Assembly (NCBI GenBank): GCA_902626385.1
Contig: CACOEZ010000003.1
Span: forward strand, 53,148-117,147
Direction: 5' to 3'
Length of the DNA: 64,000 nucleotides
Source: an uncultured SAR86 cluster bacterium
Lineage (GTDB): Bacteria; Pseudomonadota; Gammaproteobacteria; Magnimaribacterales; D2472
A program made the translations under genes and the position numbers. Positions 40,567 through 51,942 of this stretch are shown one piece after another. The number at the start of each line of letters is the position of its first letter. Position 1 is the stretch's first letter. Below the pieces are notes generated by a model that made no database searches, was not told where the DNA came from, and saw only the letters and a program-made list of their open reading frames with translations.

Positions 40567-42183
40567 ATGATTGGAGATATGCAAACATGGACGCCTAATA
40601 TTGCTGGCATTATTGAGCACGCTAGAGAAATTCATCCAAAGACAGAAATTATAAGTAGGCTGGTATCAGGAGAAATACATAGATCAAATTATGAAGAAGT
40701 GTGTATCAGATCTAGAAAATTGGCATCGGCACTAGAAAAGGACGGAGTAAAGCATGGCGATGTCGTTGCTACGTTAGCTTTAAACACTTACAGACATCTA
40801 GAAATGTATTATGGGATATCTGGCATGGGAGCTGTGACCCATACACTTAATTTTAGACTTCATCCAGAGCAGGCTGTCTATATTATTAATCATGCTGAAG
40901 ATAAGATGATATTTGTAGAATTGCCATTTGTCCCAATTCTCGAAGCTCTTCAAGAAAATTTAACTACTGTCGAAAAATACATTGTGCTTTGCGAGGTAAA
41001 TGAAATGCCCGAAACTTCTCTTAAAAATGCAGTTTCATATGAAGAATATATTTCTAACGGAGATGAAAATTATAATTGGCCTCATCTGGCTGATGATGCT
41101 GCTTGTGCACTATGCTACACATCAGGTACGACAGGAAATCCTAAAGGTGTTCTATATAGTCACAAATCAAATATTCTTCATGCTCAAGCTTCATTGACAG
41201 CTCTTACAATCCAACAAGATGATTCGATTTTGATGGTAGTGCCTTTATTTCATGTTTTGGCATGGGGTATACCTTATTTTGGTGCTATGAATGGGTTGAA
41301 GCTTGTAATGCCTGGTATGCAGATGGAGGGTGAACCATTATATGAACTTATTGACAAAGAAGACGTAACATTAGCTTTTGGTGTTCCAACAATTTGGATG
41401 GGTCTGTTAGCTTATTGTAGAGAAAATAATAAAATTTTAACTTCAGTTAGAAATACTATTATTGGTGGATCAGCTCTTTCTCTCTCAACACTGCAGGAGT
41501 TTGATGAAGTTCATGATGTAAATGTTATCCATGCATGGGGCATGACTGAAATGAGCCCTCTTGGTACCACAAATGTTCCAACGCCTCAGATGAAAAATAT
41601 GTCGAAAGATGAAAAATATGCCATTCAGCTTAAGCAGGGTAGGCCTATATATGGAGTTGAACTGAAAGTTGTTGATGATGAAGGTAATGAACTTCCAAAA
41701 GATGGAGAATCGCAAGGGCATTTGTTAGTAAGAGGCCCATGGATTCTTAAAAAATATTTTAAAGCGGAAAAAGATGCTGTTGATGTCGATGGCTGGTTTG
41801 ATACAGGAGATATCTCAGTATTAGATGAAGACGGATATATGACCATTAAGGATAGGGCAAAGGACGTTATTAAATCTGGAGGAGAGTGGATAAGTTCTAT
41901 AGATTTAGAGAATGCAGCCTTTGGACATCCTGAAATAGCTGAAGCATGTGTGGTGGGTATTCCTCATCCTAAATGGGATGAAAGGCCAATGCTTTTTGTT
42001 GTCACTAATTCAGGGGAGCCAATCGAAAAAGACAGCATTATAGATTTTTTGAGTGATAAAGTTGCCAAATGGTGGCTTCCTGATGAAATAGTATTTTTAA
42101 AGGAGTTACCACATGGTGCAACAGGAAAGCTTCAGAAATTTGAATTAAGGGAAGAATATAATAATCACTATATGGAGAAGTAG
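40567..42183 (+). CDS. AMP-dependent acyl-CoA synthetase (fatty-acid--CoA ligase type)
   Basis: AMP-binding motif [12 protein letters not shown], plus TGD...DRAKD. The ATG at 40567 is preceded by an AAGGGAG Shine-Dalgarno. The track ORF starts at 40504. Confidence 0.85.
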   Translation: MIGDMQTWTPNIAGIIEHAREIHPKTEIISRLVSGEIHRSNYEEVCIRSRKLASALEKDGVKHGDVVATLALNTYRHLEMYYGISGMGAVTHTLNFRLHPEQAVYIINHAEDKMIFVELPFVPILEALQENLTTVEKYIVLCEVNEMPETSLKNAVSYEEYISNGDENYNWPHLADDAACALCYTSGTTGNPKGVLYSHKSNILHAQASLTALTIQQDDSILMVVPLFHVLAWGIPYFGAMNGLKLVMPGMQMEGEPLYELIDKEDVTLAFGVPTIWMGLLAYCRENNKILTSVRNTIIGGSALSLSTLQEFDEVHDVNVIHAWGMTEMSPLGTTNVPTPQMKNMSKDEKYAIQLKQGRPIYGVELKVVDDEGNELPKDGESQGHLLVRGPWILKKYFKAEKDAVDVDGWFDTGDISVLDEDGYMTIKDRAKDVIKSGGEWISSIDLENAAFGHPEIAEACVVGIPHPKWDERPMLFVVTNSGEPIEKDSIIDFLSDKVAKWWLPDEIVFLKELPHGATGKLQKFELREEYNNHYMEK

Positions 42184-42184
42184 T

Positions 42185-42646
42185 ATGTTAAAAGTTGTAA
42201 AGACTGACGAAATTGATTCAGTTATTGGAACTGAGATTGGTGTTTCAGATTGGGTGACAATAGATCAAGATAGAATTGATAAATTTGCAGACGCAACAAT
42301 GGACCATCAATTTATACACGTTGATCCTGAACAAGCTACACCAGTTTTCGGATCTACAATTGCTCATGGTTTTTTATCTTTATCATTAGTTGCTGGAATA
42401 CCCTTTGATCAGGAAATTGGCATGGTTTTAGAAGGAACAAAGATGGGACTTAACTATGGATTGGATAAAGTTAGATTTTTGAGTCCAGTACCTGTAAATT
42501 CTGAAGTAAGAATTCATATGAAATGCATTGATATAAGTGAAAAAAACCCAGGTCAATTTCTCGCAAAAACTGAAGTTACCATGGAAATAAAAGGTGTTGA
42601 AAAGCCAGCATTTGTTGCTGAAACATTAAGTATGTTTGTAATATAA
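42185..42646 (+). CDS. MaoC-like (R)-specific enoyl-CoA hydratase/hotdog-fold dehydratase
   Basis: 153-aa ORF with the hydratase motif DHQFIHVDPEQA. Confidence 0.8.
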   Translation: MLKVVKTDEIDSVIGTEIGVSDWVTIDQDRIDKFADATMDHQFIHVDPEQATPVFGSTIAHGFLSLSLVAGIPFDQEIGMVLEGTKMGLNYGLDKVRFLSPVPVNSEVRIHMKCIDISEKNPGQFLAKTEVTMEIKGVEKPAFVAETLSMFVI

Positions 42647-42648
42647 AA

Positions 42649-44076
42649 CTAGCTTAGTAATTTTTTTAGAATTTCGTTAACACTCTTTGGATTAGCCTTT
42701 CCTTGTGTTTCTTTCATAACTTGTCCTACAAAGAATCCAAATAATTTGTCTTTTCCACTTTTATAAGCTAAAACCTGTTCTGGATTAGATTCAATAATTT
42801 TATTAGCAATTTCTTCTAGCAACGATTCGTCTTGAATTTGAACAAGTCCTTTTGATTCAATAATTTCATCAACATCTGATCCATTTTCCCATATCTCTTC
42901 TAAGACAGATTTAGCAATTTTTCCTGAAATAGTATTATCAGAAATCCTTTCAATCAGTTTTCCAAAATTTTCTGCTGATAAGTTTGATTCATCAATCTCA
43001 ATGTTTTCTTTGTTGAGAAGGGCGCTCACATCGCCAACAAGCCATCTCGCAACTAACTTAGCATCATTTGTCTTTGATGAAGCTTGTTCAAACATATTTG
43101 CCATAGTTTTTGAAGATGAAATTATTTTTGCTTCAGATTCTTCTAAACCAATTTCTGATATATATTTCTTTTCTTTCTCCTCAGGAAGCTCAGGCAAATT
43201 ATTAATGATTTCTTGTAATTCATCGTCCGAAATTACAACCGGAAGAAGATCAGGGCATGGGAAATATCTATAATCATTTGCTTCTTCCTTTGAACGCATA
43301 GATCTTGTTTCATTTTTTTCACTATCATATAGCCTTGTTTCCTGAACAACTGATTCACCATTCTCTAAGACCCTTATTTGTCTGCTGATCTCATAATTGA
43401 TAGCTTTTTCAATAAACTTAAAAGAATTTATGTTTTTTAGTTCGGCTCTCGTGCCCAACTCACTTTCATTAGTTTTTTTAATAGATACATTAACATCACA
43501 CCTCATTGACCCCTCTGCCATATTTCCATCACATATATCGAGAAAAGTTACCAATTGCCGAATTGCTTTAAAATATGCTACCGCTTCTTTAGCACTCGAT
43601 ATTTCAGGTTCAGAAACTATTTCAAGTAAAGGAGTACCTGCTCTATTTAAATCTACTCCAGTTTCTCCTTCAAAAAGATCATGAATTGACTTGCCTGCAT
43701 CTTCCTCTAAATGAGCTCGAGTAATGTTTATTACCTTTTCTTCATTATTAGTAATAATTTTTATTGAACCTTTTTCTACAATTGGTTTTGTCATTTGTGT
43801 TATTTGGTAGCCTTTAGGCAAATCAGGATAAAAATAATTTTTTCTATCAAAAGTAGATGTTTGATTTATTTCTGCGCCTATTGCAAGGCCAAATCTTATT
43901 GCTTTATAAAATGCCTCTCTGTTTGCAACTGGCAGTACTCCAGGCAAGCCCATGTCTATAAGATCAACATGTGTGTTAGATTCTGCACCAAATTCAGTTG
44001 AACCACCTGAAAATAATTTTGATTTCGTTGATAGTTGCACATGGATTTCTAATCCAATTACTGTTTCCCAGCTCAT
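42649..44076 (-). CDS. gatB: Asp/Glu-tRNA amidotransferase subunit B
   Basis: The N-terminus MSWETVIGLEIHVQL is GatB-like, and the gene is part of a gatCAB operon. Confidence 0.95.
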   Translation of the reverse strand: MSWETVIGLEIHVQLSTKSKLFSGGSTEFGAESNTHVDLIDMGLPGVLPVANREAFYKAIRFGLAIGAEINQTSTFDRKNYFYPDLPKGYQITQMTKPIVEKGSIKIITNNEEKVINITRAHLEEDAGKSIHDLFEGETGVDLNRAGTPLLEIVSEPEISSAKEAVAYFKAIRQLVTFLDICDGNMAEGSMRCDVNVSIKKTNESELGTRAELKNINSFKFIEKAINYEISRQIRVLENGESVVQETRLYDSEKNETRSMRSKEEANDYRYFPCPDLLPVVISDDELQEIINNLPELPEEKEKKYISEIGLEESEAKIISSSKTMANMFEQASSKTNDAKLVARWLVGDVSALLNKENIEIDESNLSAENFGKLIERISDNTISGKIAKSVLEEIWENGSDVDEIIESKGLVQIQDESLLEEIANKIIESNPEQVLAYKSGKDKLFGFFVGQVMKETQGKANPKSVNEILKKLLS

Positions 44077-45524
44077 TTTCGTACTCCATCAGGTGTATGC
44101 ATGTGCCAATTTGTAACATTTTGGTACATGTGAGCAAAATTTAAAATTGAACTTTCATCAAGAAAATTTCCAATAATTTGTAATCCTAGAGGCCTATTAT
44201 TAATGTTTCCATTGGGGAGCGACATTGCTGGCAAACCAGCAAGATTTGCAGAGATTGTAAATAAATCTTCCAAATACATTTGTATGGGATCGCTTCCCTT
44301 AGAACCCATTTCAAAAGCTGTTCCTCTTGTAGTTGGAGTCATTATTACGTCAACTTTTGTAAATGCATTATCAAAATCATTTTTTATAAGTCTTCGCACT
44401 TGTTGAGCTTTTTTGTAATAAGCATCGTAATATCCAGCTGAAAGAACATATGATCCAATTAAAATTCTTCGTTTCACTTCATCACCAAATCCTTCAGAGC
44501 GAGTTTGCACATATAATTCCTCTAAATTTTTTGGATTTTCAGATCTTCTCCCAAATTTTACACCGTCGAACCTTGACAGATTGGATGAGCATTCAGCTGG
44601 AGCAATTACATAATAAGTTGGTACCGACAATGAAAGATTTGGCAAAGTTATATCTACCAATTTAGCTCCTAATGATGTGAATTCATTTAACGATTCCTCA
44701 TATACCTTAACAACTTCATTGTCCAAACTGGAAAGATCAAGATCTTTAACAATGCCAATCTTTTTCCCTTTAAGTGATTCATTCAAATGTTTTTGAAAAT
44801 CTGGAATATTTTCGTCTAAAGATGTTGTATCTTTTTTGTCATGCGAGCACATTTCATTAAGTATAAGTGCACAGTCCTCAGCTGAACGAGCCATTGGTCC
44901 TGCTTGATCTAAACTTGAAGCAAATGCAATCATTCCCCATCTAGAAATTCTTCCATAAGTAGGCTTCAATCCAGTAATGCCACATAGTGAAGCAGGCTGT
45001 CTTATTGATCCTCCAGTGTCTGTTCCTGAAGCTGCTGGAACTATACCTGCTGCTACAACTGCAGCTGATCCACCCGAGCTACCTCCTGGTACAAGATTTT
45101 CACCCCAAGGATTTTGAACATTACCAAAAAAGCTAGTCTCATTAGATGATCCCATTGCAAATTCGTCCATATTTGTTTTACCAACTGATATACAACCTGC
45201 ATTTTCAAGATTTTTTATTACAGTTGCTGAGTACGGAGGTATAAAATTATTAAGAATATTTGAACCACATGTTGTTCTGAGACCTTTTGTACAAAAAAGA
45301 TCTTTTTGAGCGAAAGGTATTCCTGAAAGAGCTAAATCAGAGGGATTATTATCTAAATGTACAGCTTTTTTTATTGAATCTTCTTCATTTAGCGTTATAA
45401 ATGCATTGAGATGTTCATTTTCAGAGATGTTTTTAAAAACTTCATTAACAATTTCTACATTTGAGATTTCTTTTTTAGAAATCATTTTCTTTATTTCTTT
45501 AATTGATTTATATTTTATTGTCAC
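44073..45524 (-). CDS. gatA: Asp/Glu-tRNA amidotransferase subunit A
   Basis: Amidase signature GGSSGGSAAVVAAG. Confidence 0.95.
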   Translation of the reverse strand: MTIKYKSIKEIKKMISKKEISNVEIVNEVFKNISENEHLNAFITLNEEDSIKKAVHLDNNPSDLALSGIPFAQKDLFCTKGLRTTCGSNILNNFIPPYSATVIKNLENAGCISVGKTNMDEFAMGSSNETSFFGNVQNPWGENLVPGGSSGGSAAVVAAGIVPAASGTDTGGSIRQPASLCGITGLKPTYGRISRWGMIAFASSLDQAGPMARSAEDCALILNEMCSHDKKDTTSLDENIPDFQKHLNESLKGKKIGIVKDLDLSSLDNEVVKVYEESLNEFTSLGAKLVDITLPNLSLSVPTYYVIAPAECSSNLSRFDGVKFGRRSENPKNLEELYVQTRSEGFGDEVKRRILIGSYVLSAGYYDAYYKKAQQVRRLIKNDFDNAFTKVDVIMTPTTRGTAFEMGSKGSDPIQMYLEDLFTISANLAGLPAMSLPNGNINNRPLGLQIIGNFLDESSILNFAHMYQNVTNWHMHTPDGVRK

Positions 45525-45802
45525 TCAACAACCCTTGGAACTAAAAAGTAGTCCTCATTAGAAGAGGGAGCTATTTCAAGGAGCTCCTTTTTAAGATTTT
45601 TTGCTGTAACATCATCTTTTCTTGTCTTTGCAGTTTTTTCTAAAGGGTTTGATAATGGCTCAATATTATTTGTATCTGCATCATTAAGCTGATCTACAAA
45701 CGCAATTATATTGTCTAAATCATTTATGATTTTATCTTCCTTTTCATCATCAATTTTGAGTCTTGATAAGTAAGATATAGTTGTTACTGTTTTCTTGTCC
45801 AT
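45521..45802 (-). CDS. gatC: Asp/Glu-tRNA amidotransferase subunit C
   Basis: 93-aa ORF immediately upstream of gatA with a 4-nt overlap, and a GatC-like sequence (LSRLKIDDEK...). Confidence 0.85.
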   Translation of the reverse strand: MDKKTVTTISYLSRLKIDDEKEDKIINDLDNIIAFVDQLNDADTNNIEPLSNPLEKTAKTRKDDVTAKNLKKELLEIAPSSNEDYFLVPRVVE

Positions 45803-45885
45803 ATATAGGATATTATTATAGATTAGAGGGTGGATATTAACCTATCTAGCAAATTAATTAAATTATTTTATTTAAAGGAAACCGA

Positions 45886-46935
45886 GTGAAATTTAACTTA
45901 TTCAAGATGATTGGAGGGTATTTCTCCAATGATCTTTCCATAGATTTAGGAACTGCAAACACACTTATATATACAAAAGATGTTGGTATTGTTCTTAATG
46001 AGCCATCTGTTGTTGCTATTAGGGAAACTAGGGGTCAAAAAACAGTAGTTGCTGTTGGGACAGAGGCAAAAAAGATGCTTGGAAGGACACCGGGTAATAT
46101 AAAAGCTATTAGACCACTTTCAGAGGGAGTTATTGCAGATTTCCAAGTAACTGAAAAAATGCTACAGCACTTTATTGCAAAAGTTCACGAAAAGTTATTT
46201 ATCAAGCCAAGTCCAAGGGTATTGGTTTGTGTCCCATGTAGGTCTACGCAAGTTGAAAGAAGGGCTATTAGAGAATCTGTGCTTGGTGCTGGGGCAAGAG
46301 ATGTGAAATTAATTGAAGAGCCAATGGCTGCTGCAATTGGTGCAGGCCTTCCTGTTGAAGAGGCAAGTGGAAATATGGTTGTTGATATTGGTGGAGGGAC
46401 CTCAGAAATTGCAATTCTTTCATTAAATGGAGTTGTATATTCAGAGTCTGTAAAAATTGGTGGCGATAAAATGGATGAATCCATAACATCATGGATTAGG
46501 AGAAATTATGGATGTGTGATTGGAGAATCAACATCTGAAAAAATTAAATATACTATTGGTTGTGCAACATCAGATTCAGAAAAATTAGAAATGTCTATAA
46601 CAGGAAGAAATTTAGCTGAGGGAATACCAGAGACATTTGCTATTAATAGTGAGCAAATTTTTGAGGCTATGAAAGACCCACTTTATGGAATAGTTAGAGC
46701 AATAAGAAATGCTTTAGAACTATCTCCTCCAGAACTTGCTGCAGATATAGCAGAAAGAGGAATTGTTCTTACAGGTGGTGGTGCTCTTATGAGAGATCTT
46801 GATAAATTGATATCAAACTCAACAGGAATTCCGGTAATTGTTGCTGAAGATCCATTAACATGTGTTGCTAGAGGTGGTGGTCAAGCTCTTGAGATTATGG
46901 ATAAATACAACATAGATTTATTATCATCTGAGTAG
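45886..46935 (+). CDS. mreB: rod shape-determining actin homolog MreB
   Basis: Contains [21 protein letters not shown] start is preceded by an AAGGA Shine-Dalgarno. The gene is divergent from gatCAB as I recall for Pseudomonas. Confidence 0.97.
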   Translation: MKFNLFKMIGGYFSNDLSIDLGTANTLIYTKDVGIVLNEPSVVAIRETRGQKTVVAVGTEAKKMLGRTPGNIKAIRPLSEGVIADFQVTEKMLQHFIAKVHEKLFIKPSPRVLVCVPCRSTQVERRAIRESVLGAGARDVKLIEEPMAAAIGAGLPVEEASGNMVVDIGGGTSEIAILSLNGVVYSESVKIGGDKMDESITSWIRRNYGCVIGESTSEKIKYTIGCATSDSEKLEMSITGRNLAEGIPETFAINSEQIFEAMKDPLYGIVRAIRNALELSPPELAADIAERGIVLTGGGALMRDLDKLISNSTGIPVIVAEDPLTCVARGGGQALEIMDKYNIDLLSSE

Positions 46936-46940
46936 AAGAA

Positions 46941-47777
46941 ATGGCTAGGAATGCTCCTAATCCTAGTGAAAAATTTCTTTATTTTTTTATGATTGTTTTG
47001 GGAATATCGATTTTATATATTGATATTAATACTCTAAAATTTGCAGGAATTAAAAATAATTTAAATGCTTTTAAGATTTCGTCGTCTTTTGTTCTTAAAA
47101 AAATTTCAGTAGATCCTCTAAAAAAATTATCTCAAATTTTAAAATCCAAAGCAGATTTAAGCTTAGAAAATGATTTATTAAGAGAAGAGCTCAATAAAAG
47201 CTATCTGAATAATTATTTAATCACAAAAGAGAATAGTTTTTTTATAGACCATAGCTCTATACAGAACATATTAGCTACAAATGAGTTAAACCAAAGCTTT
47301 CATTACGCAAAATTAAAAAACATTGATCCTAATATGTTTAATTGTTGTGACAAACATAGATTATTCATTGAAATAAATAATAATAAACATCACGATATGT
47401 TTGAAGCAGTTGTTTTTAATTCTCAGGGTATCTTGGGACACATTATCGAAGGTAAAGGTTTTTCAGAAGTTATACTTTTGACTGATATAAAATCAATTAT
47501 CCCTGTAAAAAATACCTCAGGAAATTTTTACTGCAATGCTAAAGGTGGAGGAGAAGCCGGCTATATCATATGCTCATTTAACCATCTAGTATGGACTAAT
47601 GAGCACAAAATAAATGATCCATTTTATTCATCTGGATTAGGCGGAATTTATCCAGAAAATATTAAGATCGGAAATTTAGTATCAATTAATAAAATTGATT
47701 CCTCGAAAACCAGTCTTAAAATAAAATTGATAGCTGACCCATTAAACGAAAATTTATTTGGTGTGATTAAACTATGA
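46941..47777 (+). CDS. mreC: rod shape-determining protein MreC
   Basis: The call rests on the position after mreB, an N-terminal TM segment and a coiled-coil-like region. It is mainly a synteny call. Confidence 0.75.
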   Translation: MARNAPNPSEKFLYFFMIVLGISILYIDINTLKFAGIKNNLNAFKISSSFVLKKISVDPLKKLSQILKSKADLSLENDLLREELNKSYLNNYLITKENSFFIDHSSIQNILATNELNQSFHYAKLKNIDPNMFNCCDKHRLFIEINNNKHHDMFEAVVFNSQGILGHIIEGKGFSEVILLTDIKSIIPVKNTSGNFYCNAKGGGEAGYIICSFNHLVWTNEHKINDPFYSSGLGGIYPENIKIGNLVSINKIDSSKTSLKIKLIADPLNENLFGVIKL

Positions 47778-48250
47778 TGATTAGCTTTGCAAGAAAACTA
47801 TTCTTAATTCTGCTGATATCTTTCATTGACTATAAAATTTCTTTTGGGTTGTCTAAATTTTTTGTGATTCTCCCTTTAACATTTTTGGCATATTCATTTT
47901 ATTTATATAAATCAGATACAAATATTGGACCTTTTGAAGCATTTTTTACAGGACTATTCATTGATTTTATTTCAGGTACATATCTTGGACATAATGCAAT
48001 ATTTTTTTGCTTTGCCTCATATCTAATAAATACATATTCGAATGCTTTTAAATTATTTTCGTATTTGCAAATCTGTATCTTTTTTAGCATTTCTGCTTCA
48101 GCATATGTTGGATTTACCCAAATCATAGTAAATTTATATAATTTTTCTTATATAACTTTATTTATCAGCTCTATATTTAATTTTATTTTTTGTGCATTGG
48201 TTGCGTTACTATCTGTTTACTTTCCAACTACTTCAAGCAATAGAATTTGA
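47774..48250 (+). CDS. mreD: rod shape-determining protein MreD
   Basis: 158-aa polytopic membrane ORF that overlaps the mreC stop (ATGA). This is a synteny call. Confidence 0.7.
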   Translation: MMISFARKLFLILLISFIDYKISFGLSKFFVILPLTFLAYSFYLYKSDTNIGPFEAFFTGLFIDFISGTYLGHNAIFFCFASYLINTYSNAFKLFSYLQICIFFSISASAYVGFTQIIVNLYNFSYITLFISSIFNFIFCALVALLSVYFPTTSSNRI

Positions 48251-48252
48251 AA

Positions 48253-50610
48253 ATGATGATAATTAAAAAATTTTTAAAAATTTTTATATTATTTATTTTA
48301 ATTATATTCATAACTTTAGTAACAGCCTATTCGGCATTGATATTTAAGCCTGAAAAAATAATTAGCATCTCTAATAACTTAAATTTTTTTGAATATAAAG
48401 TTTTGTTTGACTCAGTTAGATCAAATAAAAATTATCTTAAACCTGAATATGAATTTGAAAATTTAGAAATTCGAGATATAAACAGTAATTCAGTGATCTC
48501 TATTGCTGATTTTGTGATTGGGTTAAATATAATTCAAACAATTAGAAGTGATTTTTTTTCCATAAGTACTCTTAGGACAAACAATATAATTTTAGGAAAA
48601 TATCAAGATTCAAATGAATTTAATTCTAAATATATCAAAATTAAAGTCAGCAATTTTGAGATAAAAAATACTGATTTTGAATTAATTAGTTCTAAAGTAC
48701 ATGTCCTTCTGTCAGAAGGGAATACATCTATAAAATTTGGCTCTGGAGAGCTCAATAATAATTTTTTTAAAAAATTGAGTTTATTCATAAAGCCATCATC
48801 AGAAAATGTTTTATTTGATGGATTATTTTATTTAAGTGAAAAAGAGATAATTGAACAGGATCTTATAAATTTAAGTAACTTTAGCGATGTTAAAGTAAAT
48901 TTAACTGTTTTGAGCAAAGGTTCATATGAATTTTCGTCTGGTAAAATTAAAAGCTTAAATAAGTATATATTTAAGGACTCTAGACTAACAACAGACACAG
49001 ATTTTTTAATAACTTCAATTGATATGGATCTTTTCCAGGATTATTCCGGTGAATTACATGGCATTTTTAAATCTTCCATACCACAACAAAGAATAGAAGG
49101 ATCAATCAATATTAAAGATGCAATTACTTTAAGAACAAACTTAAATATTAATCTTGATGACATTATTGAAGAAAACAGATATTTTTCTATTGAGGGTAAT
49201 GAGGTATTTCAAGCTTTACTTAAAATTAATAGTGACAAATCAACCCTGCTGTTGAAAAGTAAGCTAAATAATACAAGATTTTCTTCAGAGATAAGTGAAA
49301 TTTCGAAGGAATTCCAAGATCCATTAGTGACCACAGTTGAAATTGAAAATTTAAGATATCCAACTTATTTAATCACAAATAGAGCTTTTGAGATTTTTAT
49401 TGATAGTGAAAGCAATGGCTACTTTAACTATGGAAATGGTTTTAAAAAAGAAGATATAGTTCAGAAAAATAAACTTGATGGATTTTATATATATTTAAAT
49501 CTTGAAAACATCGATATAGAAAATTTAATAGTAGATTCTAACGAAAATAATACTACTAATCTGAGGTCAATTTTCATTAAAGTAAAAAAGCTAAATTTGT
49601 TTAATAACGTATATTTTAATCAACAGTTAAATGTTGAACTCTTAATAGATGAGACCATAGCAAGCTTTGAAGGGGTCAACCTTAATGGAAATATTAGAAC
49701 TGATAAAACTGGATTCACTAAAATAGAGGTCTTTGATAGTAAATTTGAGTTTGATGGAGTTGGTCTAGCTGACTCAAACACAGCTTTTGAAGATCGAAAT
49801 ATCAACATAAGATTTATTGGAAAAAATATTCAGACATATGATGATATCTTTCAAGATGTTGATTTTTATTTATTAAGAAATAAAAAAATAACTACCATCG
49901 ACAATATCAAAATTAAAAGCAAGAACTTTAACATCGGGCCTTTCAATGATGAAAAAAAAGCTTATATAAGTTATGACAAAAATAGAGATCTATACAAAGT
50001 TAGAGGCTCTTATGAAATTGAAGCAAAGAGATTTCCTTTTAAGAATTCATTTAGTTATGATTTTGACTATTTATCGACTGACTTGAATATCCAATGGAAT
50101 AGCTTGACTGAATTAAAAAATTTAGAAGGCGAAGTTAATTTTTTGATTAAGGGACTTGAGTCAAAAACATCTTTGCCAGATTCTACTCTATTAAGAGCTC
50201 TAAAGATTCTTAATCTGAATGCAATTATAGAAAGCATTAATAATGATTCAGGTCTAGGCTCCTCAAATCTAACCATTAATAGAGCCGAGGGAGATTTTTA
50301 TGTAAGTCAGAATAGGGCATTCATTAATAAGCCGATAAAGCTTGAGACATCTGAGGCTAAAATGGAATGGCTTGGTGAAATACTTAAAGGTAGTGATGGT
50401 ATTCTAAATGAGCTAAATTTAGATTTGAATATGAGATTGAAAGTTTCAGAAAATATACCTTGGTACGCAGCAATTTTTGGAGGTTTTCCAGCACTTGCAG
50501 GAGGCTTGTTGTTTGAAAATATCATCGAGGATAGCTTAGATGATGTTTCAACTTTTAAGTTTAAGGTTTCTGGTAATATTCAAGATCCAGAAATTAAAAG
50601 ACTAGATTAG
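48253..50610 (+). CDS. AsmA-like/YhdP-like large envelope protein (shortened)
   Basis: About 785 aa with an N-terminal TM anchor, a long Asn/Ser/Ile-rich region likely to be beta-rich, and a C-terminal hydrophobic patch followed by ...FKFKVSGNIQDPEIKRLD. It sits downstream of mreBCD, where yhdP lies in E. coli and Pseudomonas. The family call is by position and architecture only. Confidence 0.55.
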   Translation: MMIIKKFLKIFILFILIIFITLVTAYSALIFKPEKIISISNNLNFFEYKVLFDSVRSNKNYLKPEYEFENLEIRDINSNSVISIADFVIGLNIIQTIRSDFFSISTLRTNNIILGKYQDSNEFNSKYIKIKVSNFEIKNTDFELISSKVHVLLSEGNTSIKFGSGELNNNFFKKLSLFIKPSSENVLFDGLFYLSEKEIIEQDLINLSNFSDVKVNLTVLSKGSYEFSSGKIKSLNKYIFKDSRLTTDTDFLITSIDMDLFQDYSGELHGIFKSSIPQQRIEGSINIKDAITLRTNLNINLDDIIEENRYFSIEGNEVFQALLKINSDKSTLLLKSKLNNTRFSSEISEISKEFQDPLVTTVEIENLRYPTYLITNRAFEIFIDSESNGYFNYGNGFKKEDIVQKNKLDGFYIYLNLENIDIENLIVDSNENNTTNLRSIFIKVKKLNLFNNVYFNQQLNVELLIDETIASFEGVNLNGNIRTDKTGFTKIEVFDSKFEFDGVGLADSNTAFEDRNINIRFIGKNIQTYDDIFQDVDFYLLRNKKITTIDNIKIKSKNFNIGPFNDEKKAYISYDKNRDLYKVRGSYEIEAKRFPFKNSFSYDFDYLSTDLNIQWNSLTELKNLEGEVNFLIKGLESKTSLPDSTLLRALKILNLNAIIESINNDSGLGSSNLTINRAEGDFYVSQNRAFINKPIKLETSEAKMEWLGEILKGSDGILNELNLDLNMRLKVSENIPWYAAIFGGFPALAGGLLFENIIEDSLDDVSTFKFKVSGNIQDPEIKRLD

Positions 50611-51942
50611 ATATATTGTTGCTAAACCAAGAAAAGAAATAAAGCCAATAACATCTGTCACAGTCGTAACCACAACACTACCACCAATTGCTGGATCTTG
50701 ATTAATTTTTCTCAGCACCAAAGGAACTAAAATTCCAGCTATAACAGAGCTTATTAAATTTATTACTAAGGCACACGATATCAATATTGCTAAGATTTTA
50801 TCCCCAAACCAAAAGAAAGTTGAGAAACCTACCAATATAGATAAGACAATACCATTAATTATCGAGACCGCCAGTTCGCGCTTAAACAACCAGCCTATGT
50901 TTGATGTATTAATTTGCTCTAGTGTTAAGCCTCTGAGAACTATTGTGAGAGTTTGAGTTGCTGCAACACCACCCATACTTGCTACTATTGGCATTAAAAC
51001 AGCCAGATAAACAACTTTATCAATAGCATCTTGGAATAAATTTATTGTGCTTGCAGCAATAAATGCAGTGATTAAGTTCATGCTTAGCCAAAATACACGG
51101 CTTTTAGCTGCTCTACCAGGAGGGGCAAATGTATCCTCGGCTACACCTGCCATACCAAGAAGATTTTGATCAGCATCTTCTCTAATTACGTCAACAACGT
51201 CATCAATTGTTATTCTACCAAGTAATTTTCCTTGATCATCTACTACTGCTGATGAAACTAAATCATTTCTCTCAAAAATTGTTGCTACTTCTTTATCTTC
51301 CATATTTACATTAAGTGCGGGTGATTCTGTTTGCATAATCTCCCTTACAATCATTTTCGGTTCTTTTGTAACTATTTCACCAATAGAAAGTTCTCCAAGG
51401 TATTCATTATCATCATTAACAACAAAAATTTTATCTGTACTATCTGGTAATTTTTTTTGATCTCTCAAGTAACTTATAACTAAATCTATGGAATTATCTG
51501 GCCTTACACTGATTACGTCAGTATTAAGTAGTCCGCCTGCAGTATTCTCTGGAAAAGTAAGACCTATTTCAATTCTTTTTCTATCTATTTTAGACATGCT
51601 TGAAAGAATCATTTTCATTCTTTCTTCAGGTAAATTTTGAAGAATATCTACAATCTCATCAAGCTCAAGCTCTTTCACCGCTTCAGCTAATTCCTCATCA
51701 GAAATATTAGAAATTAGATCTTGTTGAATCTCTTCTCCTAATTCAAATAATACATCTCCTTCCTCCTCAGTCTTAAGTAATGAAAAAAGAAGATTTCTTT
51801 GTTTGGGTGGAGACGACTCTAGCATATGAGCAATTTCAGACGCATTCATTTTATTGAGCAACCTTCTAATCTGATTTAAAGAAAGGTTTGAGGACTCATC
51901 AAGAATTGTTTCAAGATTATTTTTTTGCTCAATGCTATCCAT
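50602..51942 (-). CDS. mgtE: magnesium transporter MgtE
   Basis: It has an MgtE N-domain, a CBS pair and a 5-TM C-terminus containing ...GGVAATQTLT... and TVTDVIGF. Confidence 0.92.
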   Translation of the reverse strand: MDSIEQKNNLETILDESSNLSLNQIRRLLNKMNASEIAHMLESSPPKQRNLLFSLLKTEEEGDVLFELGEEIQQDLISNISDEELAEAVKELELDEIVDILQNLPEERMKMILSSMSKIDRKRIEIGLTFPENTAGGLLNTDVISVRPDNSIDLVISYLRDQKKLPDSTDKIFVVNDDNEYLGELSIGEIVTKEPKMIVREIMQTESPALNVNMEDKEVATIFERNDLVSSAVVDDQGKLLGRITIDDVVDVIREDADQNLLGMAGVAEDTFAPPGRAAKSRVFWLSMNLITAFIAASTINLFQDAIDKVVYLAVLMPIVASMGGVAATQTLTIVLRGLTLEQINTSNIGWLFKRELAVSIINGIVLSILVGFSTFFWFGDKILAILISCALVINLISSVIAGILVPLVLRKINQDPAIGGSVVVTTVTDVIGFISFLGLATIYLI

